Below are positions 9,166 through 17,626 of a stretch of 64,000 nucleotides of DNA, one piece after another. Position 1 is the stretch's first letter. Each line of letters starts with the position of its first letter. The position numbers and the translations under genes were made by a program. The DNA is from Spirochaetia bacterium (GTDB taxonomy: Bacteria > Spirochaetota > Spirochaetia > SZUA-6 > Bin103). The notes under the pieces were generated by a model. That model worked only from the letters and a program-made list of their open reading frames with translations, searched no databases and was not told where the DNA came from. Location: positions 3,712,001 through 3,776,000 of the forward strand of contig OZ241863.1 of assembly GCA_965203055.1 (NCBI GenBank), given 5' to 3'.

Positions 9166-10592
9166 CAGATCGAAGACGTGGATTCGGTTCCGAGCACGTC
9201 CGGCGGATGCCGCGTGTGCCAGTCGGTCAGCTCCTGGTAGGCGGCGGCGACTGCCAGCACCACGTTCTCGTCATAGGCTCGGCCCAGGATCTGCAGGCCG
9301 GCCGGCAAGCCTGCTTCGGTGAATCCCATCGGCACGGAGATCGCCGGCAGTCCAACGCAGCTCCCGAACGCCCCCAACGGGTCGGCGGCCCACTCCCTCG
9401 GTTCCTCGACCCACGGCCGATCCGCCGGCGGCGCAGCTTTCGGCTGCGTGGGCGACACCAGCGCGTCGTACCGCTCCAGCAGCCGGTCGATCGCCACCGC
9501 GATCGTGCGCCGCAGGCGCAAGGCACGGAGATAGTCGGTGGCCAGCATCGCGGTACGGGGATAGACGCCCCGGCGCCCCTCCGGTGCCGTGAGCTGCGTG
9601 GTGATGCCGCTCTCGATGATCTCCTCCATGACGCTGGCCGATTCGGCCAGGAAGATCGCGCTGGACACCGCGGCGTAGGGCAGGTCGGGAAGCTCGACCT
9701 CCTCGACCTCGGCCACCTCGGCCAGCGCCGCCAGCGCCTCCCGAAAGCGGTCGCGTACGCCAGGTTCGGAGCCGTCCGGCACTCCCTTGGGGACCGCCAG
9801 CCGGAAGCGCCCGCGCTCGGGACGGTACGGGAGATACCGGTATGGCCGTGTGGTGGTCGCCTCGTCGCGCCGGTCATGGCCGGCGATTGCCTCTAGCACG
9901 AGGCCGCAGTCGGCGGCGGTCAGGCATATCGGTCCTGGCTTGTCCATCCCGAAGGTGAGGGGCATACCGCCGTGGCGGCTCACCCGGCCGAAGGTCGGAC
10001 GCAGCCCGGACACGCCGCAGCAGCACGCCGGCACCAGGATCGAACCCCAGGTCTCGGTGCCGATCGCGAACGGCACCAGACCCGCGGCGACCGCCGCTCC
10101 CGAACCGGTCGACGAACCGCCGCTCCAGACGCCGCGGTCCCAAGGGTTGAGACCGGGACCGGTGAACGAAGCGTCCGCGCGGCCGTAGCGCGCCCCGCCG
10201 GCCAACTCCACCAACGCCAGTTTCGCGGCCAGCACGGCGCCGCCCGCTTGCAGCTTGCGGACGATCGTGGCGTCGTAATCGAACGCCTGCTCCCGTAGTG
10301 GCCCTGCGCCCCAGGTCGTCGGGTAGCATGCGGTGGCAAAGAGGTCCTTGAGGCCGTAGGGGATGCCGTGCAGCGGCCCGCGGTAGCGGCCGGCGGCGAT
10401 CTCGCGCTCGGCCTGCCGCGCCTGCGACTCCGCCAGCTCCGCGGTCAGGGTCACCACCGCGTGGTAGCGCGGCCCAAGCCTTTCCAGCCGGTCGAGGAAG
10501 AGGCGGGTCAGCGCGGCCGGGGAGACCTGCCGCGCCCGCACGCGCTCGGCCAACTCGCGCAACGGCAGGAATACCGCGTCGCGCTCCGTCAC
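9165..10592 (-). CDS. amidase-signature family enzyme (GatA/AtzE-like)
   Basis: GTG at 10592; GPLHGIPYGLKD, GGSSTGSGAAVAAG, GTETWGSI, GLRPTFGRVSR. Confidence 0.9.
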   Translation of the reverse strand: MTERDAVFLPLRELAERVRARQVSPAALTRLFLDRLERLGPRYHAVVTLTAELAESQARQAEREIAAGRYRGPLHGIPYGLKDLFATACYPTTWGAGPLREQAFDYDATIVRKLQAGGAVLAAKLALVELAGGARYGRADASFTGPGLNPWDRGVWSGGSSTGSGAAVAAGLVPFAIGTETWGSILVPACCCGVSGLRPTFGRVSRHGGMPLTFGMDKPGPICLTAADCGLVLEAIAGHDRRDEATTTRPYRYLPYRPERGRFRLAVPKGVPDGSEPGVRDRFREALAALAEVAEVEEVELPDLPYAAVSSAIFLAESASVMEEIIESGITTQLTAPEGRRGVYPRTAMLATDYLRALRLRRTIAVAIDRLLERYDALVSPTQPKAAPPADRPWVEEPREWAADPLGAFGSCVGLPAISVPMGFTEAGLPAGLQILGRAYDENVVLAVAAAYQELTDWHTRHPPDVLGTESTSSI

Positions 10593-10810
10593 CGGTCGTC
10601 GCCCCGGTAGGGCGTGAACGGCGGAAACGGCTCCTGGTTCGGCTCCACGGCGGCCACCCGGAGCGCCCTGGAGACCCGGGCCAACTCCGCGGCTACCCGC
10701 GCGCGAACCTCCAGCTCCTGGTCCGGCTCCGCGAACCGTTCGCCGTACCACTCGCGGAGCAGCGCCATGCGCAGCTCGACTTCCCGCTCGTCGTTCCCTT
10801 CGGCAGCCAT
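10589..10810 (-). CDS. 73-aa amidase accessory protein (GatC/AtzG-like position)
   Basis: Helical 73-aa ORF ending VEPNQEPFPPFTPY; its stop overlaps the amidase GTG. Confidence 0.6.
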   Translation of the reverse strand: MAAEGNDEREVELRMALLREWYGERFAEPDQELEVRARVAAELARVSRALRVAAVEPNQEPFPPFTPYRGDDR

Positions 10811-12357
10811 CAGCCGGCGGCCACCTCGAAGGCCGTCACGTTGCGCGTCTTGCGGCTGAACTCCACCCCGATCAGGTGGATCGGCTCCCCCCGACCGCGG
10901 TACTTGGCCGCGTAGCCGCGCTCCCGCAACTGCGCCAGCGCTCCCCCCGGCGGCGCCGTCTCCACCACCTTGAACTCGAACAGATACACGTGCCCTCCGG
11001 TCCGCACCGCCATGTCCAGCCGCCCGACCGCGCTCGACTCCTCCACCACGATGTCGTACCCCAGCGCCGCGAAGTAGGAATAGAACACGCTCGCGTAGTA
11101 CCCCTCGTAGCGCGCGATGTCGTTGTTGGTGTGCCACTCATACGGGATGCCGGCGAAGAAGGCGTGGAACAACTCCTGCAGGCCGGCGCAGTCGTGCGCT
11201 TCCAGCAGGCGCGCCAGACGGATGCTGTTCGCGGTCTGCCGTCTGGTGTCCTGCACCAGCCGGCGCAGCAGCACCCGGTTCAGGCTCTGCCGCACTTCCC
11301 GGTTCGGATAGCCCAGCCGATACAGCGGCAACCCGCCCAGCTCTTCCTCCCCCGTGATCGTCAGGTAGCCGGTCTGGAACAGCAGCGCCTCGGTGCCGAT
11401 GTGCTCCACGTCGAACGCCGACAGCAGGTCGTCGGTGCCGACCATCTCCTGCAGCGAGACCGACGACACCCGCCGCTCGAACAGCGTGTCGACCAGGAAC
11501 GCCGGCGTGCCGGTCTCGAACCAGTGGGCGGCGAACTTGCGGCGGCGCAGCAGCAGCAGCACGTCGAAGGGGTTGTAGACCGATTCCTCGCCCAGCCAGC
11601 GATAGCCGTTGTACCAGTCGCGCACCCGTTCCCGGTCCAGTCCGTCGAGCTCCGGGGCGAACACGGTGTCCAGGTCACCCTCGGTATAGCCGCAGATCGA
11701 GGAGAAGGCTGGGTCCAGCGTGATGTCGGTGAGGTTGTTGAGATCGGAGAACAGGCTCACCTTGGAGAACTTGCTCACCCCGGTCAGGAACGTGAACCGC
11801 AGGTGCGCGTCGCAGTCCTTGATCACGCCGTACACGCCGCGCAGATAGTCGCGGTTGGCGCGCGCCACTGGCGGCGTGTCCAGCGCTTCCAGGATCGGCT
11901 TGTCGTACTCGTCCACCAACACCGCGACCCGTTGCCCGCTGCGTTCGTGCAGCGACCTGATGAGATAGCCGAACCGCTCCGGCGCGGTGTCGTAGCGGGG
12001 GCGCACGCCGGCCGCCTGCTCCAGGCCGTCCAACTGCGTGGCCAGGTTGGCGTGCAGCTGGCCCGGCTCCTTGAAGTGGCCGCCGGCAAAGCTCAACCGC
12101 ACCACCGGATGTCGTTCCGACCAGTTCCAGGCGGCGTGGACGTGGAGCCCGGCGAACAGCGGCTCGTTGCCTTCGAACAGCTCCTTCAGCGTGTCCAGGA
12201 ACAGGCTCTTGCCGAACCGCCGCGGGCGCGACAGGAAGTAATGCTTCCCTTCGTGGAGCAGCCGTTCGATGAAGGTGGTCTTGTCCACGTAGTAGCAGTT
12301 CTCCTCCCGCAGCTCGCGGAAGGTCTGGATGCCGATCGGCAGCCGGCGCTTGGTCAT
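10810..12357 (-). CDS. AAA-ATPase-like protein with C-terminal PD-(D/E)XK nuclease (PDDEXK_9 type)
   Basis: LPIGIQTF, YYVDKT, RPRRFGKS, LVDEYDKP, WFETGTP, GRLD..FEFK. Confidence 0.9.
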   Translation of the reverse strand: MTKRRLPIGIQTFRELREENCYYVDKTTFIERLLHEGKHYFLSRPRRFGKSLFLDTLKELFEGNEPLFAGLHVHAAWNWSERHPVVRLSFAGGHFKEPGQLHANLATQLDGLEQAAGVRPRYDTAPERFGYLIRSLHERSGQRVAVLVDEYDKPILEALDTPPVARANRDYLRGVYGVIKDCDAHLRFTFLTGVSKFSKVSLFSDLNNLTDITLDPAFSSICGYTEGDLDTVFAPELDGLDRERVRDWYNGYRWLGEESVYNPFDVLLLLRRRKFAAHWFETGTPAFLVDTLFERRVSSVSLQEMVGTDDLLSAFDVEHIGTEALLFQTGYLTITGEEELGGLPLYRLGYPNREVRQSLNRVLLRRLVQDTRRQTANSIRLARLLEAHDCAGLQELFHAFFAGIPYEWHTNNDIARYEGYYASVFYSYFAALGYDIVVEESSAVGRLDMAVRTGGHVYLFEFKVVETAPPGGALAQLRERGYAAKYRGRGEPIHLIGVEFSRKTRNVTAFEVAAG

Positions 12358-12407
12358 CGGCTCAATCGTACCACGTCAGCCGCGCGCGGTTGGGGCATCT
12401 TCGATCA

Positions 12408-12473
12408 ATGAGTGTTTTCGGGTTGACCGGAAAGTACTCATGAGTATATTTGGACGCACCAGAAAACACTCAT
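12408..12473. promoter_or_regulatory. concentric dyad operator overlapping a sigma70-like promoter and the start codon
   Basis: Outer inverted repeat ATGAGTGTTTTC (12408-12419) / GAAAACACTCAT (12462-12473); central perfect palindrome TACTCATGAGTA (12435-12446) on the same centre; TTGACC (12423), N16, TATATT (12445). Confidence 0.75.
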
Positions 12474-13614
12474 GTCAGCGCCGCGCTACCTCACCCCCGC
12501 CGTCACCGCCGACCTCGCCGAGCGGATGGTGTTCGTCGGCGGGCCGCGTCAGGTCGGCAAGACCACGTTCGCGCTGTCGCTGCTCGGGGCCGGGAGCAAC
12601 GAGTCATCGCCGGCCTGCCTGAACTGGGACCATCTCGCCGACCGGGAGGCGATCCTGGCCACGCGCCTTCCGCCGGGGCAGCCGCGCGTCATCTTCGACG
12701 AGCTTCACAAGTACGCGGGATGGCGCGGCCTGATCAAGGGCCTCTACGACACGCACCGGTCATCGATCTCGTTCCTGGTGACCGGCTCGGCCCGGCTGGA
12801 CTACTACCGCAAGGGCGGCGATTCCCTGCAGGGGCGCTATCACTACTACCGCCTCCATCCGTTCACCCTGCCGGAAGGCGGCCACCTCACCGAGACTCGA
12901 TCGGTGGACCATCTGCTGCGGTTCGGCGGGTTTCCGGAACCGTTCCTGCGCGGCGAGGAGCGCTTTCACCGCCGCTGGCTGCGCGAGCACTCCGCCCGCG
13001 TCGTGCACGAGGACCTGCGCGATCTGGAGCAGGTCCGCGACGTGTCGCGGCTCGATCTGCTGTTGGCCCACCTGCCCTCCTGCGTGGGGTCGCCGCTGTC
13101 GGTCAACCGCCTGCGCAAGCTCCTGCAGGCGTCGCATGACAGCGTCGAGCGCTGGATCGCGGCGTTCGAGCGGCTCTACCTCTGCTACCGGGTGCCTCCG
13201 TTCGGGTCAGCCTCGATCAGGGCCGTGCGCAAGGAACGGAAGCTCTATTTCTGGGACTGGTCGCGCGTGGACGATCCCGGCGCCCGCTTCGAGAACCTGG
13301 TGGCCGGCCACCTGCTCAAGTACTGCCACTTCATCGAAGACACCGAAGGGTACGCGATGGAGCTGCGCTTCCTCCGCGACACCGACGGGCGCGAGATCGA
13401 CTTCGTCGTGCTGCGCGACGGCCGCCCGGAGTTCGCCGTCGAGTGCAAGAGCGGCGCGCGCAACGTTTCCCTTGCCTGCCGTTACGTGCGGCGCCGCACC
13501 GCCATTCCCCGCTTCTATCAGGTGCACCTGGGCGACGCGGACTTCGGCGACGCCGACAGCGACGTGCGCGTGCTGCCGTTCCCGACCTTCTGCCGCGAGC
13601 TGGCGCTGCCGTAG
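12472..13614 (+). CDS. AAA_14 ATPase + DUF4143 protein
   Basis: GPRQVGKTT, IFDELHK, TGSA, SLQGR, GGFPE, KLYFWD, FENLV, EIDFV..VECK. Confidence 0.9.
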   Translation: MSAPRYLTPAVTADLAERMVFVGGPRQVGKTTFALSLLGAGSNESSPACLNWDHLADREAILATRLPPGQPRVIFDELHKYAGWRGLIKGLYDTHRSSISFLVTGSARLDYYRKGGDSLQGRYHYYRLHPFTLPEGGHLTETRSVDHLLRFGGFPEPFLRGEERFHRRWLREHSARVVHEDLRDLEQVRDVSRLDLLLAHLPSCVGSPLSVNRLRKLLQASHDSVERWIAAFERLYLCYRVPPFGSASIRAVRKERKLYFWDWSRVDDPGARFENLVAGHLLKYCHFIEDTEGYAMELRFLRDTDGREIDFVVLRDGRPEFAVECKSGARNVSLACRYVRRRTAIPRFYQVHLGDADFGDADSDVRVLPFPTFCRELALP

Positions 13615-13641
13615 CCCGCCTCCGGACCGCTTGGCGCAGGT

Positions 13642-14475
13642 TCAGACGGGCAGCACCTCACGCTGCACCTGCGTCACCTTGCCGGGAAACGTCTCCCCTC
13701 GGACCCACATGATCGGCATTCGCGCACCCCGGCCGGCAACCGCACCCTCCGCCCACGCCGCGCGGGCGCTGAGGTAGTGGGACACGTAACTGCGCCGGAA
13801 GCGACCGCTGTGGTTGTCGGTGCTCTTGTGCAGCAGATGGCTGTGGAACCAGATCACCGAGCCGGGCTCCGCTTCGAGCGCCACGCCCTCTTCGTCGCGG
13901 GTGTTGCGGGCGAGCTTGAACTCGCTCTGCTGCGAACCCTCCAGCGCGTCGTGCTCGACAATCGGGCGCCGGTGGCTGCCGGGGATTACGTACAGGCAGC
14001 CGTTCCCGCGGTCGGCGGCGTCGAACGCGGTCCAGGTTCCCACCGTGGTTTCAGTCGCGAAGCGGCTGCGGAAGTAGAACATGTCCTGGTGCCACGGAAA
14101 GCCGAGCCCGATCCGCGGCGCCTTCCAGATGTAGAGGTTGTTGATGCCCAGAATATCGGGGCCAAGCAGATCGACGACCGGGTCGATCAGCCGCGGATCG
14201 CGCACCCGCTGCAGGAATTCCGAGACGTAGCAACTCGGAAAGTGCAGCTTGTGCATGGCGTGGATCCCGGAACGCTGCTCGGCGCCGTCCCGAACCAGCG
14301 CGTTCCGGTCGACGTGCGCCGGCGGGAAGGGCCGCGTTCCGGCGACGATCTGCTCGGCGATGGTGTTCAGCCTGCGGTTCTCCTCGGCGGCGAATACGCC
14401 GGTACGGATGACGAACCCGTCCCGCTCCCAGGCAGCCCGTTCTTCGGCGCTGAGCCGATGCTGTCTATCTGACAC
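13642..14475 (-). CDS. phytanoyl-CoA dioxygenase (PhyH) family Fe(II)/2OG dioxygenase
   Basis: GTG at 14475 preceded by AAGGAGG; PWHQD, NGCLYVIPGSH, LLHKS..N.S..RR. Confidence 0.88.
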   Translation of the reverse strand: MSDRQHRLSAEERAAWERDGFVIRTGVFAAEENRRLNTIAEQIVAGTRPFPPAHVDRNALVRDGAEQRSGIHAMHKLHFPSCYVSEFLQRVRDPRLIDPVVDLLGPDILGINNLYIWKAPRIGLGFPWHQDMFYFRSRFATETTVGTWTAFDAADRGNGCLYVIPGSHRRPIVEHDALEGSQQSEFKLARNTRDEEGVALEAEPGSVIWFHSHLLHKSTDNHSGRFRRSYVSHYLSARAAWAEGAVAGRGARMPIMWVRGETFPGKVTQVQREVLPV

Positions 14476-14528
14476 GGTTCCTCCTTGCACGCACCGGTCA
14501 GGTCTTGTCACGGCGCCGGTGTCGAATT

Positions 14529-15338
14529 ATGCTGCTTGCCGTGGCCCCGCTTGCAGACACCAGACCGAAGCGGCGCAGGATCGGCTCGGTGGTCAAGGGG
14601 TTACGCATTCTCGAGACCATAGTAGGGGCGGCGAACGGCATCAAGGTGTCCGAGATTGCGCGCGTCTTCGACATGCCGACCTCCAATCTTACCCTGTTCC
14701 TGAACTCGCTGGTGGATACCGGCTACATCATCAGAAACCCGGCGAACGGCAAGTACTACCCGTCCGAGAAGATCAACCACATGGCGGCGGCGATCGATAC
14801 CCCGTACACGCGCCTCACGATCAGCGCGCAGGAAGCGATGCAGGAGTTGCACGATCGTTACGACGAAAACGTACTGTTGGCGGTGTTGAACAACAGCTTC
14901 CTGCAATTCATCGCCACGCTCCAGTCCAGCCGCAACATCCAGATTCTCAACAATGACGATCGTTCTTTCATTCCCCACGTCACGGCCGCGGGAAAGGCGA
15001 TTCTGGCGTTCCTGCCGGATACTCAACTGCGCGTATACCTGGGCGGCGTACCGCGCGATCGATTCACGCCCAAGACCATCACCGAGGTTGCCGCGATACG
15101 CCGCGAACTGGAAACGGTGCGCCGCCGCGGGTACGCGATCAACCGCGGCGAGTACGAACCGGAAGTGATGGCGGTGGCGGCTCCGGTGTTGATCGATACT
15201 GCCATTCAGGGATCGCTGGTGGTTCAGTTTCCCACCTTTCGCTACCGCGAAGCGGACCTCGAAGCGCAGGCCGAACACATCGTGGCCGCGGCGCTGCGCA
15301 TCAGCCGGCGGCTCACCGATACCGGCACCGCGGCCTGA
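14529..15338 (+). CDS. IclR-family transcriptional regulator
   Basis: SVVKGLRILE HTH, HVTAAGKAILAF, RRRGYAIN.GE, VAAPV; start uncertain. Confidence 0.9.
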   Translation: MLLAVAPLADTRPKRRRIGSVVKGLRILETIVGAANGIKVSEIARVFDMPTSNLTLFLNSLVDTGYIIRNPANGKYYPSEKINHMAAAIDTPYTRLTISAQEAMQELHDRYDENVLLAVLNNSFLQFIATLQSSRNIQILNNDDRSFIPHVTAAGKAILAFLPDTQLRVYLGGVPRDRFTPKTITEVAAIRRELETVRRRGYAINRGEYEPEVMAVAAPVLIDTAIQGSLVVQFPTFRYREADLEAQAEHIVAAALRISRRLTDTGTAA

Positions 15339-15366
15339 TCGCGGCGGCAGGCGCGGCACCCCGAAC

Positions 15367-16506
15367 CTACTGCGCATAGGGGTCGGCGGCGTCGCGCATG
15401 CCGTCGCCGACGAAATTGAAGGCCAGCACCGTGAAGATGACGAACAGCCCCGGTATCAACAGCCACGGCGACAGCGCCACGGTCTGCACGTTCTGGGCTT
15501 CGCTCAGCAGCACTCCCCAGCTCACCACCGGCGGCCGCAGTCCCAGGCCCAGGTAGCTCAACGCGGTTTCGGCCAGGATCATGTGCGGCACCGCCAGCGT
15601 CAGCGACACGATCACGTAGCTCAGAAACGAGGGCAGCAGGTGGCGCACGATGACGCTGCCGTCGCTCGCGCCGGCTACCTTGGCGGCCGTCACGAAGTCC
15701 TCCTGGCGCAGCGCCAGCAGCTTGCCGCGCACCACGCGCGCGAGTCCGGTCCAGCCGATCAGCGACAGGATCACGGTAATTCCCAGATACACCTTGATCA
15801 CCGGCCAGTGCGGCGGCAGCGCCGCGGCCAGCGCCATCCACAGCGGAATGGTGGGGATCGAACGCAGAAACTCGATCAGCCGCTGCACGAACGTATCGAT
15901 CGAGCCGCCGAAATAGCCCGACACGCCGCCGATGCTCAACCCCAGCAGAAAGCTCAGCAACACGCCGATCAGGCCGATCGACAGCGACACCCGGGCGCCG
16001 TAGAGGACGCGCGAGAACATGTCGCGCCCGAGGCGGTCGGTGCCGAACAGGTAGATGGTGCCTTCGGTCACGCCAAACAGGTGCCGGCGAGAACGGAACA
16101 GTCCCCACATCCGGTACTCGGAGCCCTCCACGAGCAGGCGCACCGGAAGCACCTGCGCGCGGTCGGGCGTGTATACGTTGCGCCACGTGACCGGATCGAT
16201 CTCCCGCTCCAGGCCGTACACGAAGGGCCGCTGCAGGCGACCCTGGTGAACGATGCGGATGCGCTGCAGCGGCGCGAACAGCGCGTCGGAGTTGCGCTCC
16301 AGCGGGGTATAGGGGCTGAGGAACTCGCAGAACAGCCCGCCGGCGTAGAACACCGCCAGCACGGCAATGCCGAGCAGCGCGATGCGGTGCTTGCGCAGCT
16401 TCCACCATGCCAGTTGCCACTGCGAGGCGACGTAGCGTCGTTCCGCCGCATCCGGCGGCGCGCCGGCCGCGGCCGCGACCGGTGCCGGCGCGGTGGCTTC
16501 GCTCAT
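15367..16506 (-). CDS. peptide/nickel-type ABC permease (OppC-like)
   Basis: ASQWQLAWWKL, GTDRLGRD, EAA loop EDFVTAAKVAGA, LSYLGLG, NFVGDGMRDAADPY. Confidence 0.92.
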   Translation of the reverse strand: MSEATAPAPVAAAAGAPPDAAERRYVASQWQLAWWKLRKHRIALLGIAVLAVFYAGGLFCEFLSPYTPLERNSDALFAPLQRIRIVHQGRLQRPFVYGLEREIDPVTWRNVYTPDRAQVLPVRLLVEGSEYRMWGLFRSRRHLFGVTEGTIYLFGTDRLGRDMFSRVLYGARVSLSIGLIGVLLSFLLGLSIGGVSGYFGGSIDTFVQRLIEFLRSIPTIPLWMALAAALPPHWPVIKVYLGITVILSLIGWTGLARVVRGKLLALRQEDFVTAAKVAGASDGSVIVRHLLPSFLSYVIVSLTLAVPHMILAETALSYLGLGLRPPVVSWGVLLSEAQNVQTVALSPWLLIPGLFVIFTVLAFNFVGDGMRDAADPYAQ

Positions 16507-16532
16507 CGCCGCGGCCCGCGCATCGCCGCCGC

Positions 16533-17522
16533 CTACCCCGCCATCCGGATGCGCGGGTCGAGCAGCGCCAGCAGCACGTCGGAGATGAAGGTACCCACCA
16601 CGGTGAGCACCGAGAGCAGCAGGAAGAACGCGCCGGCCAGGTACATGTCCTGACTCAGCAGCGACCGCAGCAACACCGGCCCGGTGGTCGGCAGGCTGAG
16701 CACCACCGCGACGATCGGCGCGCCGGAGATGATCTCGGTCAGGCTCCACCCGATGGTGCTCGCCACCGGGTTGAGCGCGATGCGCACCGGATACTTGAAG
16801 ATCAGCCGGCGTTCGTGGATGCCCTTGGCGCGCGCGGTGATCACGTACTGCTTCTCCAGTTCGTCCAGCAGCATGGCGCGGGTCACGCGAATCAGCCCCG
16901 CGGTCCCGGCGGTGCCCAGCACCACCATCGGCACCCACAGGTGGGTGAGCAGGTTCACGAACTTGCCCAGGCTCCAGGCCGCCGCCTGGTAGTCGGGCGA
17001 GAACAACCCGCCTACGCTCTGGCCGAAGTACTTGAACCCGATCCACATCAGGACCAGCGCGAGCATGAAGTTGGGGGTCGCAAGTCCGACGTAGCCGAGC
17101 ACCGTAAAGGAGAAGTCGCCCGCGGTGTACTTGTGCAGCGCCGAGTAGATGCCGATCGGGACGCCGACCACGAAGGTGAACAGCAGCGAGGAGATGGCTA
17201 CGATGGCGGTGAGCGCGAACCGTTCGCCGATCAGATCCCGAACCGGCTTGTTCCACTGGAACGACTGCCCGAAGTCGCCGCGCGTCACGATGCCGGTAAT
17301 CCACTTGAAGTACTGCACGAACAGCGGCTGGTCGAGGCCGTACTGCTGCCGCATGGAGGCCAGTTCCGACTCGGTCACCTCGGTATTGGCCTCCTCCAGT
17401 TGCGCGATGTAGGTGGAGAGATAGTCCCCCGGCGGGAGCTGGATCAGCACGAACGCGACCACCGAAACCAGCGCTACGGTGATCACCATGAAGACGAACC
17501 GTCTGAGCAGATAGTCGATCAC
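16533..17522 (-). CDS. peptide/nickel-type ABC permease (OppB-like)
   Basis: IQLPPGDY, YGLDQP, YVITARAKG, DPRIR. Confidence 0.92.
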   Translation of the reverse strand: MIDYLLRRFVFMVITVALVSVVAFVLIQLPPGDYLSTYIAQLEEANTEVTESELASMRQQYGLDQPLFVQYFKWITGIVTRGDFGQSFQWNKPVRDLIGERFALTAIVAISSLLFTFVVGVPIGIYSALHKYTAGDFSFTVLGYVGLATPNFMLALVLMWIGFKYFGQSVGGLFSPDYQAAAWSLGKFVNLLTHLWVPMVVLGTAGTAGLIRVTRAMLLDELEKQYVITARAKGIHERRLIFKYPVRIALNPVASTIGWSLTEIISGAPIVAVVLSLPTTGPVLLRSLLSQDMYLAGAFFLLLSVLTVVGTFISDVLLALLDPRIRMAG

Positions 17523-17549
17523 GACGGTGCCCTCCTACGCTGCGCGGAC

Positions 17550-17608
17550 GGGAGCCGGGACGGGCGGGCCGGCCCGGCTCCCTGAAGAAGACGCTACGCC
17601 CTCTTCAG
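17550..17608 (-). terminator. twin hairpins between the binding-protein gene and the permease (attenuation or mRNA stabilisation)
   Basis: GGGAGCCGGG (17550-17559) / CCCGGCTCCC (17573-17582); CTGAAGA (17582-17588) / TCTTCAG (17602-17608). Confidence 0.5.
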
Positions 17609-17626
17609 CCGAAGCTCAGCCAAGGC

